From Raillietiella orientalis (Eukaryota), in NCBI GenBank assembly GCA_036172245.1, contig JAYWIR010000062.1, forward strand, positions 558,001 to 622,000: 64,000 nucleotides of DNA, written 5' to 3'. How positions within the stretch are numbered: position 1 is the first letter of the stretch; each line of letters begins with the position of its first letter. The position numbers were made by a program, and so were the translations under genes. Below the pieces are notes generated by a model. That model was not told where the DNA came from and made no database searches. It worked only from the letters and a program-made list of their open reading frames with translations. Positions 39,601-52,342 of the stretch are shown here, one piece after another.

Positions 39601-42600
39601 CGGTTTCCACGAAAGGCAACTCATCCGGGAATCTTCCGCCCTCCAGCGACTCTTCGCACTGCGGTCAGACTTCCTGGTTCTCTTCCCTGGTTGCTTCTGG
39701 AAGACCCCGTTTCTCCTAACAAATATTCGCTCTTCTCTTCGTGATGGCATTCTCCGAAGAAGGACACGACCGAATCTCGGGATCAGACCAGCCATGGTGG
39801 TATTGCGGACGCGTCACTGCGTGAGTGGGGGGGGGGGGGGGATGGTTGCGACGTTCCAAGGGAGAAAGGCTGCTCCTTGCTATTGCACATGCCGCGAGGA
39901 AGCGGGAACTCAACCGAGTGCTTTCCCCCCTTTCGGATATTCCAGGGAAAAAGATGGAGGGAGTGATCTTCCTTCGGGGAGAAGGAAGAGGAAGGGAAGA
40001 GGAGGATGAGAGAGAGGAGGACGAGAGAGGAGGAGGAGAAAAATGAGGAGGAGGAGGAAGATCCAGGAGGATTCCTTCCTCATTCCTTGTGGCAGGTGCG
40101 CCCTCCTGTCCGCCTGTTCCGCGATTAGGAACCGACGGGGAACGACGCCAGTCGCCGCGCTCGACGCCGCTTTCGGGAGCGGCAAAGTTTCCCGAGAGTT
40201 CAAGCAGTCGGCCACTGGGCAACTTCGCTCTCCCCGCTCCAGGAAACCACCTTCCCGGTGTACTTACGCGTCTCCGCACAGCTGCTGCTTGCTCCCGCAC
40301 TCTTCGTAGCACACCCGGACCTTGCACTTGAACCAGATCTGCGTCGTCTTCTCCATCCGAAAAGCCTGCAAAAGATAGCCTCTGGTTACATTCATACCAG
40401 GCAGCAACTCACGGGTGAGAGCTGCTTTCGCGCCCACTTCCCCTTCGCGGGAATCCGTGGTCGCGTTTAACCGATTCCCCAGGATCCAAGAGGAAGCAGG
40501 GAAAGGAGGGTGAAGGTGCGGCCACGACTTTTCCAGTATGGGGCCGGAGGGTGTCTTTCAGCGAGCAGGGAGCGAGACGCGGTGGGGAGGCTGGCCAGAG
40601 GGAGGACGCACTAGGGTTCCTGTCTTCGACAGGCCGCCGTGTCCCCCATGCGAGCCGCAGCGGGCTCTGCGAGGTCCGGTTGGCGTGGATGCGAGTCGCT
40701 TAGGAGGCGGACGCCATGTTCAAGGCTACAGGAAGGACGAGAGCGACGAAAACGTCCAAGGTCCACGACCAGCATGGTGAAACCGAGATGGCAGCCGCGT
40801 CCCTTCGCGCCCACGCCGAGCTGCGTTCTCCCCCTCCGGGAGCTCTTTGGCAGCCATCCCAAGCCACGCTGCCCCGGGCTGTCGGGCGCGCGCATGAATG
40901 AGGAGACACGACGATGGGGTGCGCCTTCTGCCGAAAGCGCCTCCGGCATTCGGCAGCATCCCCTAACCCGTTGCCGGCGCTCCGTCCCGACTGGGGCGTG
41001 GCATGCAGCCCGCGGCAGGGAAGAGGGTCTGCTCAGGGCAAGCGGCGGGTAGTTCGGCACTTCGAGAAAGTCAGGGAAATGTGGGAAGTCGCCATCTATC
41101 GCTCGATGACATCGAGGTTTATTAGGAGAGCATGGAGAGAGAGGAGAGCTCAAAGGAGCAACCGGAATTTCTGGCCTCGACGGCCAATAATAATTTCTTG
41201 GAGGAGCTCGCAGTGCTTTCGAGTGTGCACCAGCCACCTCGGTTGGGATCGTGGGTACGCTTGAGGGTGCGAAGCAGCATGTGAGGATGGGTTCCGTGCC
41301 ACCTGTGAGGTGAGCGGGACTTGAATTTGTCGATTAAAAGGCTCATTGCAAGCTGACTGGGGTAACGAGGCGCGCCGTGAGTCGGGAACCAGCACGCGTT
41401 ATTCTGGAAGGTAGCCCTGCTATTCCCTCTTCTCCAAAGAAGAATCCTTCCAGGCGATTCACCAAACCCATGGGACCCCTTTTTTTTGTTTTTCTCCTCT
41501 TTTTTGGTTCGCCAAGTGCTGCTGAAGAACCATCCGCCTCCTTACGGGGGTTTCACGAAGCTCTTCTTTAGCATTTTAGTTCCGCGCCACCCGGGGGTGC
41601 GCGTAGCAACCCTTCTAGTTAGGAGACACCTCGGAAGGGAACCACCACATAAGTCCAGGAAGGGCTTCGGAGGAAGAGATCCGTTCCTCCCTGACTTTCG
41701 GGAGGACCCCGGAGGGACCCTCTTCCTTGTTCTCTCCGGGAGAATCCCCGTAGGGAGAGAGAGAGCTCCTCGTTTCTTCTCCGGAGGGGCACCCTGGAAA
41801 GGATCCTCTCTTCGTTTCCTCCTCCTTCGAAGGGGATTCCGAAGGGACGCCTCCCGATTTCTCCGAAAAGTAGCTTCCCGAAGGGAGCGGTGCGGTTCTG
41901 ACACTCTGGAGACGCTCCCCCCCTGAAGGAGGAGTATCGACCAGCTCTATGGGATGCAATGGAGAGCTCCATCTCCACAAACGGGGTGAACCCGAAAGGG
42001 GTTCTCGATGTCCTGGGAGGACCCCGGAGGATCGACTTCCAATCCTGGGGGCCAGTCAGCCAGTTCCTCCCACCCGAAGCCTGCGAAGTCCAACCAGTGC
42101 CATCTTGCGGGGAGACTCGAAGCTCACAACGCAGTACCATCCCACTTTTCACTTCCCGTCGCCAATCCTCCACGTGGGGGATTGGAACCCGCAACGACTG
42201 GTGCCGCGAGCGAAGGCCACCGCCGCAGGCTTTCCAGCCTGATTTTTGGTTTTCCTTCCTCTTTGGTTCTCAAGAAATCCCGAAGAACCGTTCACCCCCC
42301 CCGGGGGTGAAATCGGAAAGGCTCGACGATGCCGCCACCAGGGGACTCGCGAAGCTCTTGAAACACCGTCCACGCCACCCGAGGATGCGCGTAACGCCGT
42401 TAGGGACCGATCCCATAGGGACCACCCCTATTTAATCCAGGAAGCACTCTGGAGGAAGCAGTCCGTTCCCTTCTAACTCTCGAAAGGGAAACCCCGAGGG
42501 CACCTCCTCCTTATCCCCTCCGGAGGGACCCCTGGAAAGGATCCGCCACCGAAAGCGGTCAGCTCCATTCGCACAACCGGGGAGAGGGGGGGGGGGAAGA

Positions 42601-45600
42601 AACCCCGAGGTTCCTCGATGTTCTGGAAGACCCCGGACGGTCGACTTCCAATCCCGGCCAGTCAGCCGGGGAGCATCCACTTTCCAGCCCGCTCGATGCT
42701 CCATCCAGAGCCGCACCCTCGAAGCCCGCCAATCAACCAGAGCCATCCGGCGAGGTGGACTGGAGATTCTCGATATGGACTCCTCGCTCGTGGGGGGGGA
42801 CTCCCAGAAACGCCCGAAGCAGGTGGTGCTGCGGCACCATCCATCCGGCGGCCATCGCGCCCCGCAGGATGATTCTCCACGTTGCCTGAAATCCGTCCCG
42901 TGGGTCCGTCCCGGGGAGAGATGGGGGACCGCCCGAAAGCGGCAGAGACGAACAAAGGGGTTTACTCTGAAGTAGTATCGGATGTCCACCGTGTTGTAAT
43001 TCTCCCTCTTTATGAACAACTTGTCCCTTTTCTTTAAGAACACGGTGTTAATGGGACACCCCTTGTGGATGACGTGGATGCCCCTGGTCGTGGTGTCGTC
43101 CTTGTTGGGCGCAGCTTCAAGAACGGGAGAGAGACACTCTGAGACGGCGAAAAGCTGCACGATCCACTTACAGTCAAACACCCAGCAATCGAGGACATCC
43201 GTGTCGTACATCAGGTGTTTCGCGCCCATAGTGTAGTAGAGGCTCAGAAGCTCGCCCAGGAAAGCCGGCCTTTCCAGGGGCTGCTTCTTGTACTGGATCT
43301 GCAGGAACAGGAGAGGCCCTGGAAGCAGTTGCGAGTAAAAGCGGGCGGCCGAATCGGGCCCCCACGGAGGTTAGGGCGAGGAAGGGCATGCGGGGGAAGA
43401 AGGCGTAGGTTGCACGGGCATCGAGAGGAGGGAAGGGGGAGGACGGAGGACTGGGAAGCGCATCCGCCCCGTCGCGGGCCCGGGCCTGTCGCATGGTGAC
43501 GGAGTATTTTGAATGACCCTCAAGAAAAGAGGTCATTCGCAGACTTCCGGGAAAGATTCCTCTTCCCATTTATCTCCCCCTAAAGGACGGCGACGGAGGA
43601 GGGTGCTCAATCCCCCCTTCTCTATTGGAGGAAGACAGGAGTCAGGGACTCCCAATTCTTCTCCCCTCCTCCGACCGCCGTCCCAAGGACCATCCTTGAC
43701 TACTGGAGGTCGCTGGACGGGTGGCGCCGGAGCGCAGGTTTCCTGGGAGGTCCGGTCGGCGGGAACCCTCGCACGCGTACAGACCGGCCTTCAGCCCGAG
43801 GCTAAAATGGCAGAGACGATTGCTGGGGACCATGAGGCGGGCCCGGGTGGCCTCGCTCCGCGAGTGCGTCCAGCTCGAGCAGAGCATCCGTGAGACCCAA
43901 GGACTAGGGAGTTTCAGCCGGCCCGCGGCGGTTCGCCCGCTCCCGCGCTGCCTCCGTAGCCGCCGGGACGCTCCGAAGGCCTTTTCGGGCCGCCTCGTTT
44001 TCCAGTAGCAGCCAGCACGGGATGCAGGAGTGGCAGAGTCTCTCCTCTTCCCGAGGGCGAGCCTGCTTTCTCTCCTGGGTCGTGGACTCCCCATCCGAGG
44101 ATCCTAGAGGTCACACGTGCCTTGCCTCCAGGATGGAGCGAGATCGCCTAGTGACCCATGGCGGGACCGCGACTGAGGTGAAAGAGGATGGGAAGGAATC
44201 GCAAGGTCGGACGCCGGTCAATCGTCTTCCAGATGGAGCTTTCCTCAGCGCTAATGAGGAAGAGCTCCCCCTCACTGCGCCTTCTTCGACTGTCCTGAAG
44301 AGAGAAAGAAGCTTTGAAAGAGAAGGCGTCTTGAAGATGAACGCCGATAGTGTGAAACACCCTAACGGACCCGGTGAGATGGACGGTTCCCACACCTTCC
44401 CGCAGGCACAACTCGCGCGTGTGTGACGGCCCGACGGAGATCCCCGTTGGACCATCCGCACCCGACGGCAGACAGCCTTTCCCCAGGGAAGACAAGTGCT
44501 GCTGCCGCGAAGAACCACCGTTTCTTAACCCCCTTTTCCGGTGTCCGATAGTTCGCCGGGTCCGGTGGGTCCGTCGCTCCAAAGACCACCCAGACGGTCC
44601 CACCCCTGGTCGGCGACACCCTTCTTTTCTCCATTTCCCTGACACCTTGCAGCGCCCCTCGCGAGGAGCCACCGCCATGCGGGACGAGGAGCCATCGTAA
44701 GCGACGGTCTGGAGCGCCGGGAGTGCTCGGCTGCCAGCGCTCCAGGCTGGCTGGAGATGGAGGGACGCGGAGCGCCCGCTCCCTGACGCCCCCTCCACGA
44801 CCACCACCCGCTGCAGGTGGCCGCAGGGGAATCAGGGAGGCTCACATGGAAATCTGCGTCGCCGAGAGATGCCGCGCTCTGCAGATTCCGCACAGCGGCG
44901 GACGCTCTCCAAATGAGTTCTCGGGAACAGGGATCTTTCGGGAGTCCCGAGTAGGCAAGCGAGCAGGATCCCTGAACCTCCGGAAGTCTCGGAGAGGAAA
45001 CGCCGCTTCCGTTTGCTGACTGATGTGAAGAAAGAGGAGGAGGAGGAAGGAAGGAAGGAAGCAAGAAGGAAAGAAAAAAGAGGAGGAGAAACACGAAAAA
45101 ATGAGGGAGAAGGGGAATATGAAGGGGAAAGGAGGAGGAGGACGGGAATGCAAAGAAGAGAGGAGGAGGAGAAGGAGGATGGAAAGATGAGGAAGAGATC
45201 TGCTTCGAATGGGGAAAGCCGAACTCACTCAGGGCCATTCCCGTCAATAGGAGCTTCTGCAGGTCCCCCGTGTTCTCGTACACCTCGTAAGACGCGTGGA
45301 GCCACTCCGTAAAGAGCTTCTCGAGGTCGCAGTGCACCTGGATGATGACGTCCTCCTCGGTGATCAGCTCGTGCCCGAAGCGCAGGAGGAGTTGTCTCTG
45401 CGGCGGCGACACGTGGGAGCTGGGACGTCACCTAGCGGGGGGGAGGGGCGCGCGGTGCCTCCTCACCTTCGAGATGGGGACGAGGTTGCTCGCCTGCGGG
45501 TACGGCGCGCAGACGGAGAACAGGGACAGCTGGACCTCGACCTCCTCCTCTTCGTTCAAGGTGTGCAGCACGCAGGGCTTGTCGTCGAGGCCAATCTCGC

Positions 45601-48105
45601 TCAGGTACCCGGTGAGGGGCTGCATGAACCTGAGGCATGCATTGGTCCTGTTCGCCCCGCGGGGCAACAGCGCATAGTCCCGCCTGACCTGAAGTTCACG
45701 GTGATCTGGCTAGACCCGCAGGTCACCTCCGAATCCCGGAGGGAGAACACGTCCTTCTGCTCTAAGAAAAATGCCTCGCCTGAGATGCTGACGTCTCCTT
45801 TGGAGGGATCAGGCTGAGGGTTAGAGGGAGGGGACGCGCCCTTTGCCGTTACCTGGGGAGAACGGCTGCTGCTGCTGTCGGGAGGGGCCGGGTGCTTTTT
45901 CGTGCGGGGAGACGGCGGGTTCCTTGGCCAAGGGGCCCTTCCGGTTGAGAAAGTTGAGCTTTCCTGCAAGGAGACCTCAGGGCTGCCTGTCCTTCCCCCT
46001 GGTGGCGCTCGCCTACCGGCCAGGAGCTCATCCTCGTCGACCTTCAGCATCACGCTGCTCTGCAGCTGCGTCGGCTTGGCCAGTGGGACGTGCTCTGGAA
46101 CCGGGAACGGGTTCAGGCGCGCTTACCTCCTGGGTGCCCGTTTCGAGCACGGCCGGGGATGCGCCAGAGGCTGCGGGGAGGAATAATTCCACCTCCCTCA
46201 GGCGCTGCGAGGCCGACGGAAGACACGATCACTCCCGAGAAGGGAGGTGACGGGGTCTTCCGAGTGTCTCCCTTCTCGGTGGTCACTCGCATAACCCCGG
46301 GAAGGGGTGTCATTCGCCGACTTTCAGGAAAGATTATCCCCCCTTTTTCCACCTTAAAGGACGGCGACAGAGGAGAGGGCCGAACCCTCCCCTCTATCGG
46401 AGGAACGGGGGAGTCGGGACCCAATGTTCCTATCCTCTCTCCTCCCTCTACCCCGACCGCCGACCCGAGGACTACCCTTGTGTAAAGGAGGTCGCTGGAA
46501 GGATTGGCACTGGGGCGCGGGTTTCCAGGACGTGGCTTGAACCCCTCCCTCTCTTATTCTGGGAGAGATCCGAGCAGATGACTGGCCAATGCCCCGAGGC
46601 TCCTGCGAAAGGGGGGGAGGGTGGCGGAGACCTGGAACTCCAACAGCGGCGCTTTCTTCCTCCTCTCCGCTGCTCCGTAGTCAGGGAAGGGAAGCGAGTC
46701 AACCGGGAGGGCAGGAGCGACGCCCGAGCCCCCTGTCACACGTCCGGGAGGCAAGAAGAGGGGGGGAGCAGAGACGCTTTGCTCACCTTTCGGGTGCGGC
46801 AGCTTCTCCGCGCTTCTCGAGCGGGCATCCTTCTGGTGGGCAGAGGCAGATGCGCCGGAGGCTGCGGTGGACTCATTCTCTCGCAAAAAGGTCGCCACGT
46901 TCCCGCCTTTCTGAGAGCCGCATAGAGTCAGGAAATCAGGAGAGCTGCCCTTTCCCACCCCCACCCCGCTTTCAACCCTTCCATCGGAGGGGCGCGCGTT
47001 TACCTCCTCCTTCCCTTGCAACAGGCGCCCGTGTACCATCTCGGAGGGCTCCCTGAGTTCCTCGGAGAGCAAGGAAGGGAGGGACACGCCTTCCTCATTG
47101 TCGTCCCCTCCGTTACCTGGAAACAAGCTGCCATAGAAAGAGAGAGAGAGGGGTGAGGTGGAAGGAAGGATTCCACAAGGGACCTAGGGGCAAAAAGACC
47201 TGTACCACACCTTGCGACTCCAAGCTGCTGTCGTCGAAGTCCTGGAAGCGGATATTCGGGCGCGGGATGGTCACGTTGCCCGGGGTCGCGCTCCCGTCGC
47301 GGCCTTTCTGGATCCCGCCTCCTTAGATCCCCGGAAACTGTTATCCCCCTCCCCTTACCTTTGGCGGGAACCGCCATAGCGGGCTCTCTTTCTCAGGAGG
47401 CAGCAGCAACCTGTCCTTCAGCTCTTCCTCCGGGGAGGCGGGGGCTTCCTCTGGAAGGAGGAAAGGGGGAGACGACACGCTTAGCGCGGGAGCGCCGCCG
47501 TTTCTGCCTTACCGTCCTCTCCCTCGTCTGGGGGGGGCGCCGACTCCAGTAGGATTTCCTCCCCCGGTCCGATGTCCTCGCCGCTGAGGTCCAGCGTCCT
47601 CGCATAGAGGTCCACGTTGACCACGTGGATGGGGTCGGAGGAGACGACCTGGCTGTACCTCGTCGCGTTGCCGATGACGGTCGCGTCCGGGTGCTTCCTC
47701 GGCGGGGAGGAGGAGGAGGAGGGTGAGATCGCCGGGGACACCGCAGTCTTGCCGTCGGGTGCGCTCGCGTTCGCTGCGCTCAGAAGCGGCAGGGCAACGT
47801 CGGGCGTCCCGTTGGCGATGGACCGGTTCGGGAAGAACGGGTTGGAGACGTTGTAGTGCAGGGGGACGACTTCGACCTCCGAGATGGCCTTGGGAGACAG
47901 CGGCTCCTCCTCGGAGGCGTTGAGCGCCTGCTGCTTGCTCAAGATGGACTCCACAGGGCTGTTCGGACCGGCACCGCTCATCGGGAGAGGCTGATGGGAC
48001 TTGTCCGCGTAGCCCAGTGGCAACGTCTCGTACGACACGCTCTTGGGGTAGCGGTCGTTGAGCGGCCCTGAGGGCTCTTTGCGGTTCCGCTCGTAATCCT
48101 GACCC
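36672..48105 (-). CDS. Zona pellucida (ZP) domain extracellular-matrix protein. ZP exons: 45813-45689, 45629-45467, 45397-45229, 43318-43172, 43114-42966, 40365-40268. Terminal exon: 37488-36672. Low-complexity N-terminal exons lie between ~45850 and 48105; 5' end unresolved.
   Basis: The spliced ZP-N reads EVTCGSSQITVNFR|FMQPLTGYLSEIGLDDKPC...FSVC...K|RQLLLRFGHELITEEDVIIQVHCD (4 Cys). ZP-C reads RPLLFLQIQYKK...FLGELLSLYYTM...YDTDVLDCWVFD|...IHVIHKGCPIN...YYFR|AFRMEKTTQIWFKCKVRVCYEECGSKQQLC (6 Cys). A furin site RRRKR and EHP-like MIVELYQLVNISD follow. All listed junctions are GT-AG and in phase. Confidence 0.88.
38740..39470 (-). repeat. Near-full-length copy of SINE-like family (in ZP gene intron)
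   Basis: The minus-strand head CCTTGGAAACGCAGCTGCTGGATCGCACGCGGTCGTGCC...CACGCGCGTGGTGCCAGGAGTTGCTGGTTCGAATACCG is nearly identical to 56478-56580, followed by the family body and tail. Confidence 0.8.
41470..42720 (-). repeat. Two adjacent copies of SINE-like family (about 41470-42230 and 42240-42720)
   Basis: Each carries GACCCCGGA...TCGACTTCCAATCC and the TTTTTGGTTC tail motif. The first has a B-box-like GCGGGTTCCAATCCCC on the minus strand at ~42177-42192. Confidence 0.75.
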
Positions 48106-49199
48106 CTAGACAGTGTCCCGGCCGGGAGAGGAGGCTGAAGGTCGGTATTGGGAGCCGCGGAAAATTCCCGGAAACCTCCTCCGCCCTTTGGGTCCTCCAG
48201 GGACCAAGAGCCCAGCTGCCGTTTGCCTGGAAAGCACGGAGGAGCGTCATCAGGTGGGCGGTCCAGCCAGGTCGGCTCGCCGCGCGCGCCGGGTCGGTCG
48301 GCTGTGTCCACCGCTCGTGTCCGCAGCCGAAGACCTCTTTTGTCCCCTCCTCCCTCTTCTTCCCAGGGGACGCTGCTGCCTCGATCCGGAAAAGCCTTGG
48401 CGCGGGCGGCGACAAAATCATGAGAGGAAGCGCCCCCTAGCAACTCGCCGCACTAACCGATACGCGGGGTCTGCCGCGCGGGGGACGCTTCTTCGCGCAG
48501 CCCTGTCGAAAGAAGAAAAAATCCCGAAGCGAAATTTCGACTCGGCTGTTGGCAAGGACGCGCAGCGACCCCTCCTCCTTCCTGATTCATTCGTCCCCCA
48601 GTGTCCCCACAAGTTCGCGTACATCTGGTGTGTTTTACGAGCGCGCAGAGCACTGGACAATCGATCGACACCCTGCCAGCGCCTCCTCCTCTGCTGGTTC
48701 GGTGGCGCACGCCTGACAAGCACCGGAAGCTTCGTAACAGAGCTGATGTCACTCCCCGCGCACACTGCTTCCGGCGTAACCGATGCCACCGACGCCGACC
48801 TGTTTCCGGGCGCCCTGGTGTGCCGCTGACATGACGGCGCCTCGCAACCGCCGTTCCCCAGGCCCTCCCTCTCGGGGGAGCAGCCGGATGCCTCCCGGGC
48901 GCCCTTCGAGGCGAGCAACCGCGCTCGGAGGACGCCCGCTCTTCGTCGCGCGGTCACGCTACGAGGTTTCCGTGGACCGGAAGTGCTGCCTCCGCGACCC
49001 GCAAGCGGGAGAGAAGTTTCGATCTGTGCGTCGCTATGTGGGTCCAGGGCCGCTTGGGAAGCTGGCGAAAAGCAATCTGGATCCGCAGCATCTCTCGAAC
49101 ACCGAGGTCCTGCGACCGATCCTGGTGGACGGAAGGGGGCGCGTCGAAATCGCAAGAGGGTAGACGTCTTTTCCGGTCACGACAGCGTGGAAGGCGAGG

Positions 49200-49690
49200 T
49201 TTGGTTCTCAAGGAGTGCTGAGGAACCGCTCGCCAACTCACGGGGAGTTCACAAAGCTCTTGTCCACGCCGCCAGAGGGTGCGTGTGACTTCGAATCAGG
49301 AGCTTGTCGCCCCAGGAGGTAACCACCCTGTGAATCCAGGAAGGCTCCGGAGGAAGGAGTTCGTTCCCCTTAAGTTTGGGAGAAAACCCCGAAGGGAGCA
49401 GCGCGCTTCTTACACTCTTCTTATACTGTTCCCCTGACACTCTGAAGTGTAAAGTTCTTACACTTCTCACACTCAGCTTTCTGTTTCCTCTGAGGGGGGA
49501 GGGGGGGATTCATCTCCACAACCGGAGAGGAACTCCGAAAGGGTCCTTGATGTCCTGGGAGGACCCCGGAGAATCGACTTTCAATCTCGGCTAGTCAACG
49601 GGGGCATCTGGCCTCCGCACCCAAAGCCTTTGGACCAACTAGTGCCATCCTGCTGGGAGACTCGAATCCGCAACGCGCGGAGACCACAGC
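49200..49690 (-). repeat. Internally deleted copy of SINE-like family
   Basis: Contains the family motifs GAATCCAGGAAGGCTCCGGAGG, AAAACCCCGAAGGGA and CTTGATGTCCTGGGAGGACCCCGGAGAATCGACTTTCAATC. Confidence 0.7.
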
Positions 49691-52342
49691 CACGTGGCTG
49701 CCAGCTAACGCGGCCTTCAGCTTGGATTCTTCGATTGCAGGCGGAGCCCACGCACTTGACGCGTGGACCCTTCCTCCCTTGGACCACGAAAACTCTGGAC
49801 GTGGCGCCCAGGGGTCAAAGCGAAACGCTGACAGAGGGATCCGCAGTCTTCTCCGCGGACGCTGGTGCTGCCGTCCCACCTACGAAGGGGCACTCCCAAC
49901 TTGTATTCCTTCGCACACGTTGTCTAACCTTCGACGGGATGGAGCATGGGATGGTCAGGGCGCCGCTGCCGAGACGCAACCCGCGTCATCCGAGCTGATT
50001 GAGAAAATAACAATAATGATAATAAATAACATAAATGGATCCCCCGGAGCTCAACGGAAGGGTTTCAGACGCAGGACGGTGCAGCCATGGGAACGGCGTC
50101 CTCGGAACAGCATGCGCAACTTCAAGGTCCCGTATCTGAACTGAATCCCTGGCACCTGACGCAGGGAATGCGACCCTCTCTCAACGTCTTTGCGGAGGAA
50201 CCTGCGCCCGCAACTCGCGTGTGCCTGTCTTCCGGTGTTTGCAGGACGCTCCAGGGTTTCGCACCCGCAGGCTCCTGGCGTGGTCCGACGTGAACTTTGG
50301 CGCAAAGCAGGGGACTCATCTCGCAGACTTCCAGCGAACCGGGCTGACCTTTTTGGCGCGGTCGCGGGGTTCCCGCCGCTTCCTCCATGCTGTGATGTGC
50401 CCGGCAGCAGCGAACACACGGTGCGAAGGCGGCATCCCTGTTTCGTCACCATGCATTGTTGCGCGCGGCTGGCAACGATGTCGAGCGCTCGTTACGTCGT
50501 TCGGGCGCGCGTTTTCGCACCAGGCTTTTCTTTTCAGCGGGTGTGCACACGTCATACACCACAGCTCCCAAGTGCGCTTGAGACGACAAATCTAGACGAA
50601 TGCAACCCGCTCCAAGCTCTGCTGCTCAGCCTGCTGTCGCAAGGGGAAAAAGCTGCGCTGCCTGAAAGCACGCTACTGACAAGGGGATAATTCCCGGTTC
50701 CCGGAATCCATGGAATAGACTGATCGGGAGCTTCTTCTACGAATTTGATTTGTTTCCTTAGCGAACCCGTTCCCTCAAGAAATGGAAGGCGCGGCGATGT
50801 CGGAAGGGAAGCCGATTCCGGGGACCTTGCTGCTCTGGGTTCAAATGAGAGTCCTTGCTCCCTCGCACCACATTCTGGGGCAGGAAACTGTACATCGCGA
50901 ACCCTTCAAGCAAGGCAGGCCATTCGGAACGAATCTCTTAACATCGTACGTGTGCACCCTCGTATAGTAGGCGAGCGCTTGTGGTACATGCATAGGCGCC
51001 GACTCTTTTGACTTTTTTTTTAAGAGTTCCCTTAGGCTGTGCGTAGATCAGGGATTGATGATGCAACGCATGCTGCTTTCTGGATTTCGACGTGCAAATT
51101 TCTTGTGACAGCTCGTGTTGGACCCCGTATGACGCATGGGGTATGTCAATCTATGCGAATCCGTGCTATATGAGCCCTATAGGTCAATACCTGGATAATG
51201 GTATTTTTTAAAAGATAAATATCGTGCACTACAGTAGAATATCCATTATATCACTTCAAAACAAAAAGGAAAGATATCGCAAAGTGCTCACTTATCATTT
51301 CAAGAAGGTTTTTACGATTTTGATGACAGTTAATCGGTTTCAGGGATTCTCGCTGTCGAAAGGCATATCTACTTGCCCCACATGCCTCTCGAGGGAATTT
51401 GAACGAGAAGCAAAATTCAAACTGATCAAATGCGTTCGCGTTCACCTTAAAGCTGGTCCAACTGTGAGTCGGGAAAGCTCTCGGCTCGAATGCTCTGCAT
51501 GTGACAGCCCGCTGCTGGTAACAGAGTCTGGAAGGCACCAAAGTTTGGAGGTCCGCATTCGGAGCTGAGAGACGGGAGAGGCCGCTCCCAGGTTTCCAGC
51601 ACGGTTGCCTAGAAGCCCGGGGCCGGCGACTGGGAGCCACAAACCCAGGGCGAAGGCAGAGACGGTCTCCAACCATGGAGCTCCAGCAGCGGGGTCACCG
51701 TCCGTGTGAAGGTGCGTACTGCTGCGCCTTCCGAAGAACTCGCATTTCCTCCGAGTGGAAACGGTGCCGCGCATGCGCGGTTTTCCGGAATCTGACGGCG
51801 CTCTTGGGTGACGTCGTCCTGAGGTTCCTCTGCGGAGGAAGAAGGTAGAACGCGTCACAGGATAGAAGAACTTTTTCCAGCTCCCGGGAGACGGGGGACA
51901 CGCCCGCGCTGAGAGACGGGCGAGTCAGGTTGCGCCCGACGGACACATCGCGCTCCACCCCACCTGGTGTGTCTCACGAGATCCGCCGCTTCGCTCGCGC
52001 CTCCGGCCGCCGCAGGGGCGGACGACTCCCGCTTCAGAGGACAGGCAGCAGGTGTGGGGTCGTGGTTCCCGCGGGAAGCGGACGGGGGAGGAGGAAGGTG
52101 CATTCCCGGAAGAGAGCCGGCAATCATCTTTTCCCGAATTCGAGGAGTGCGGTCTCTGCACCACAGGGAGAGGAAGGTGAGACCTTTTTCTCGGGCAGAT
52201 CGGCTGCTGCCGGACCAGGAAAGGACGCCGGGAGGGAGAGTACAAGAATGCGAGTGTTCCTTCCCGATAGCGGAGAAGCGCGACCTCGTCTCGGGGCAGA
52301 GGAGGAGGAAAGGAGGGAATAAAAGGAGGAAGAGAGAAAAAG

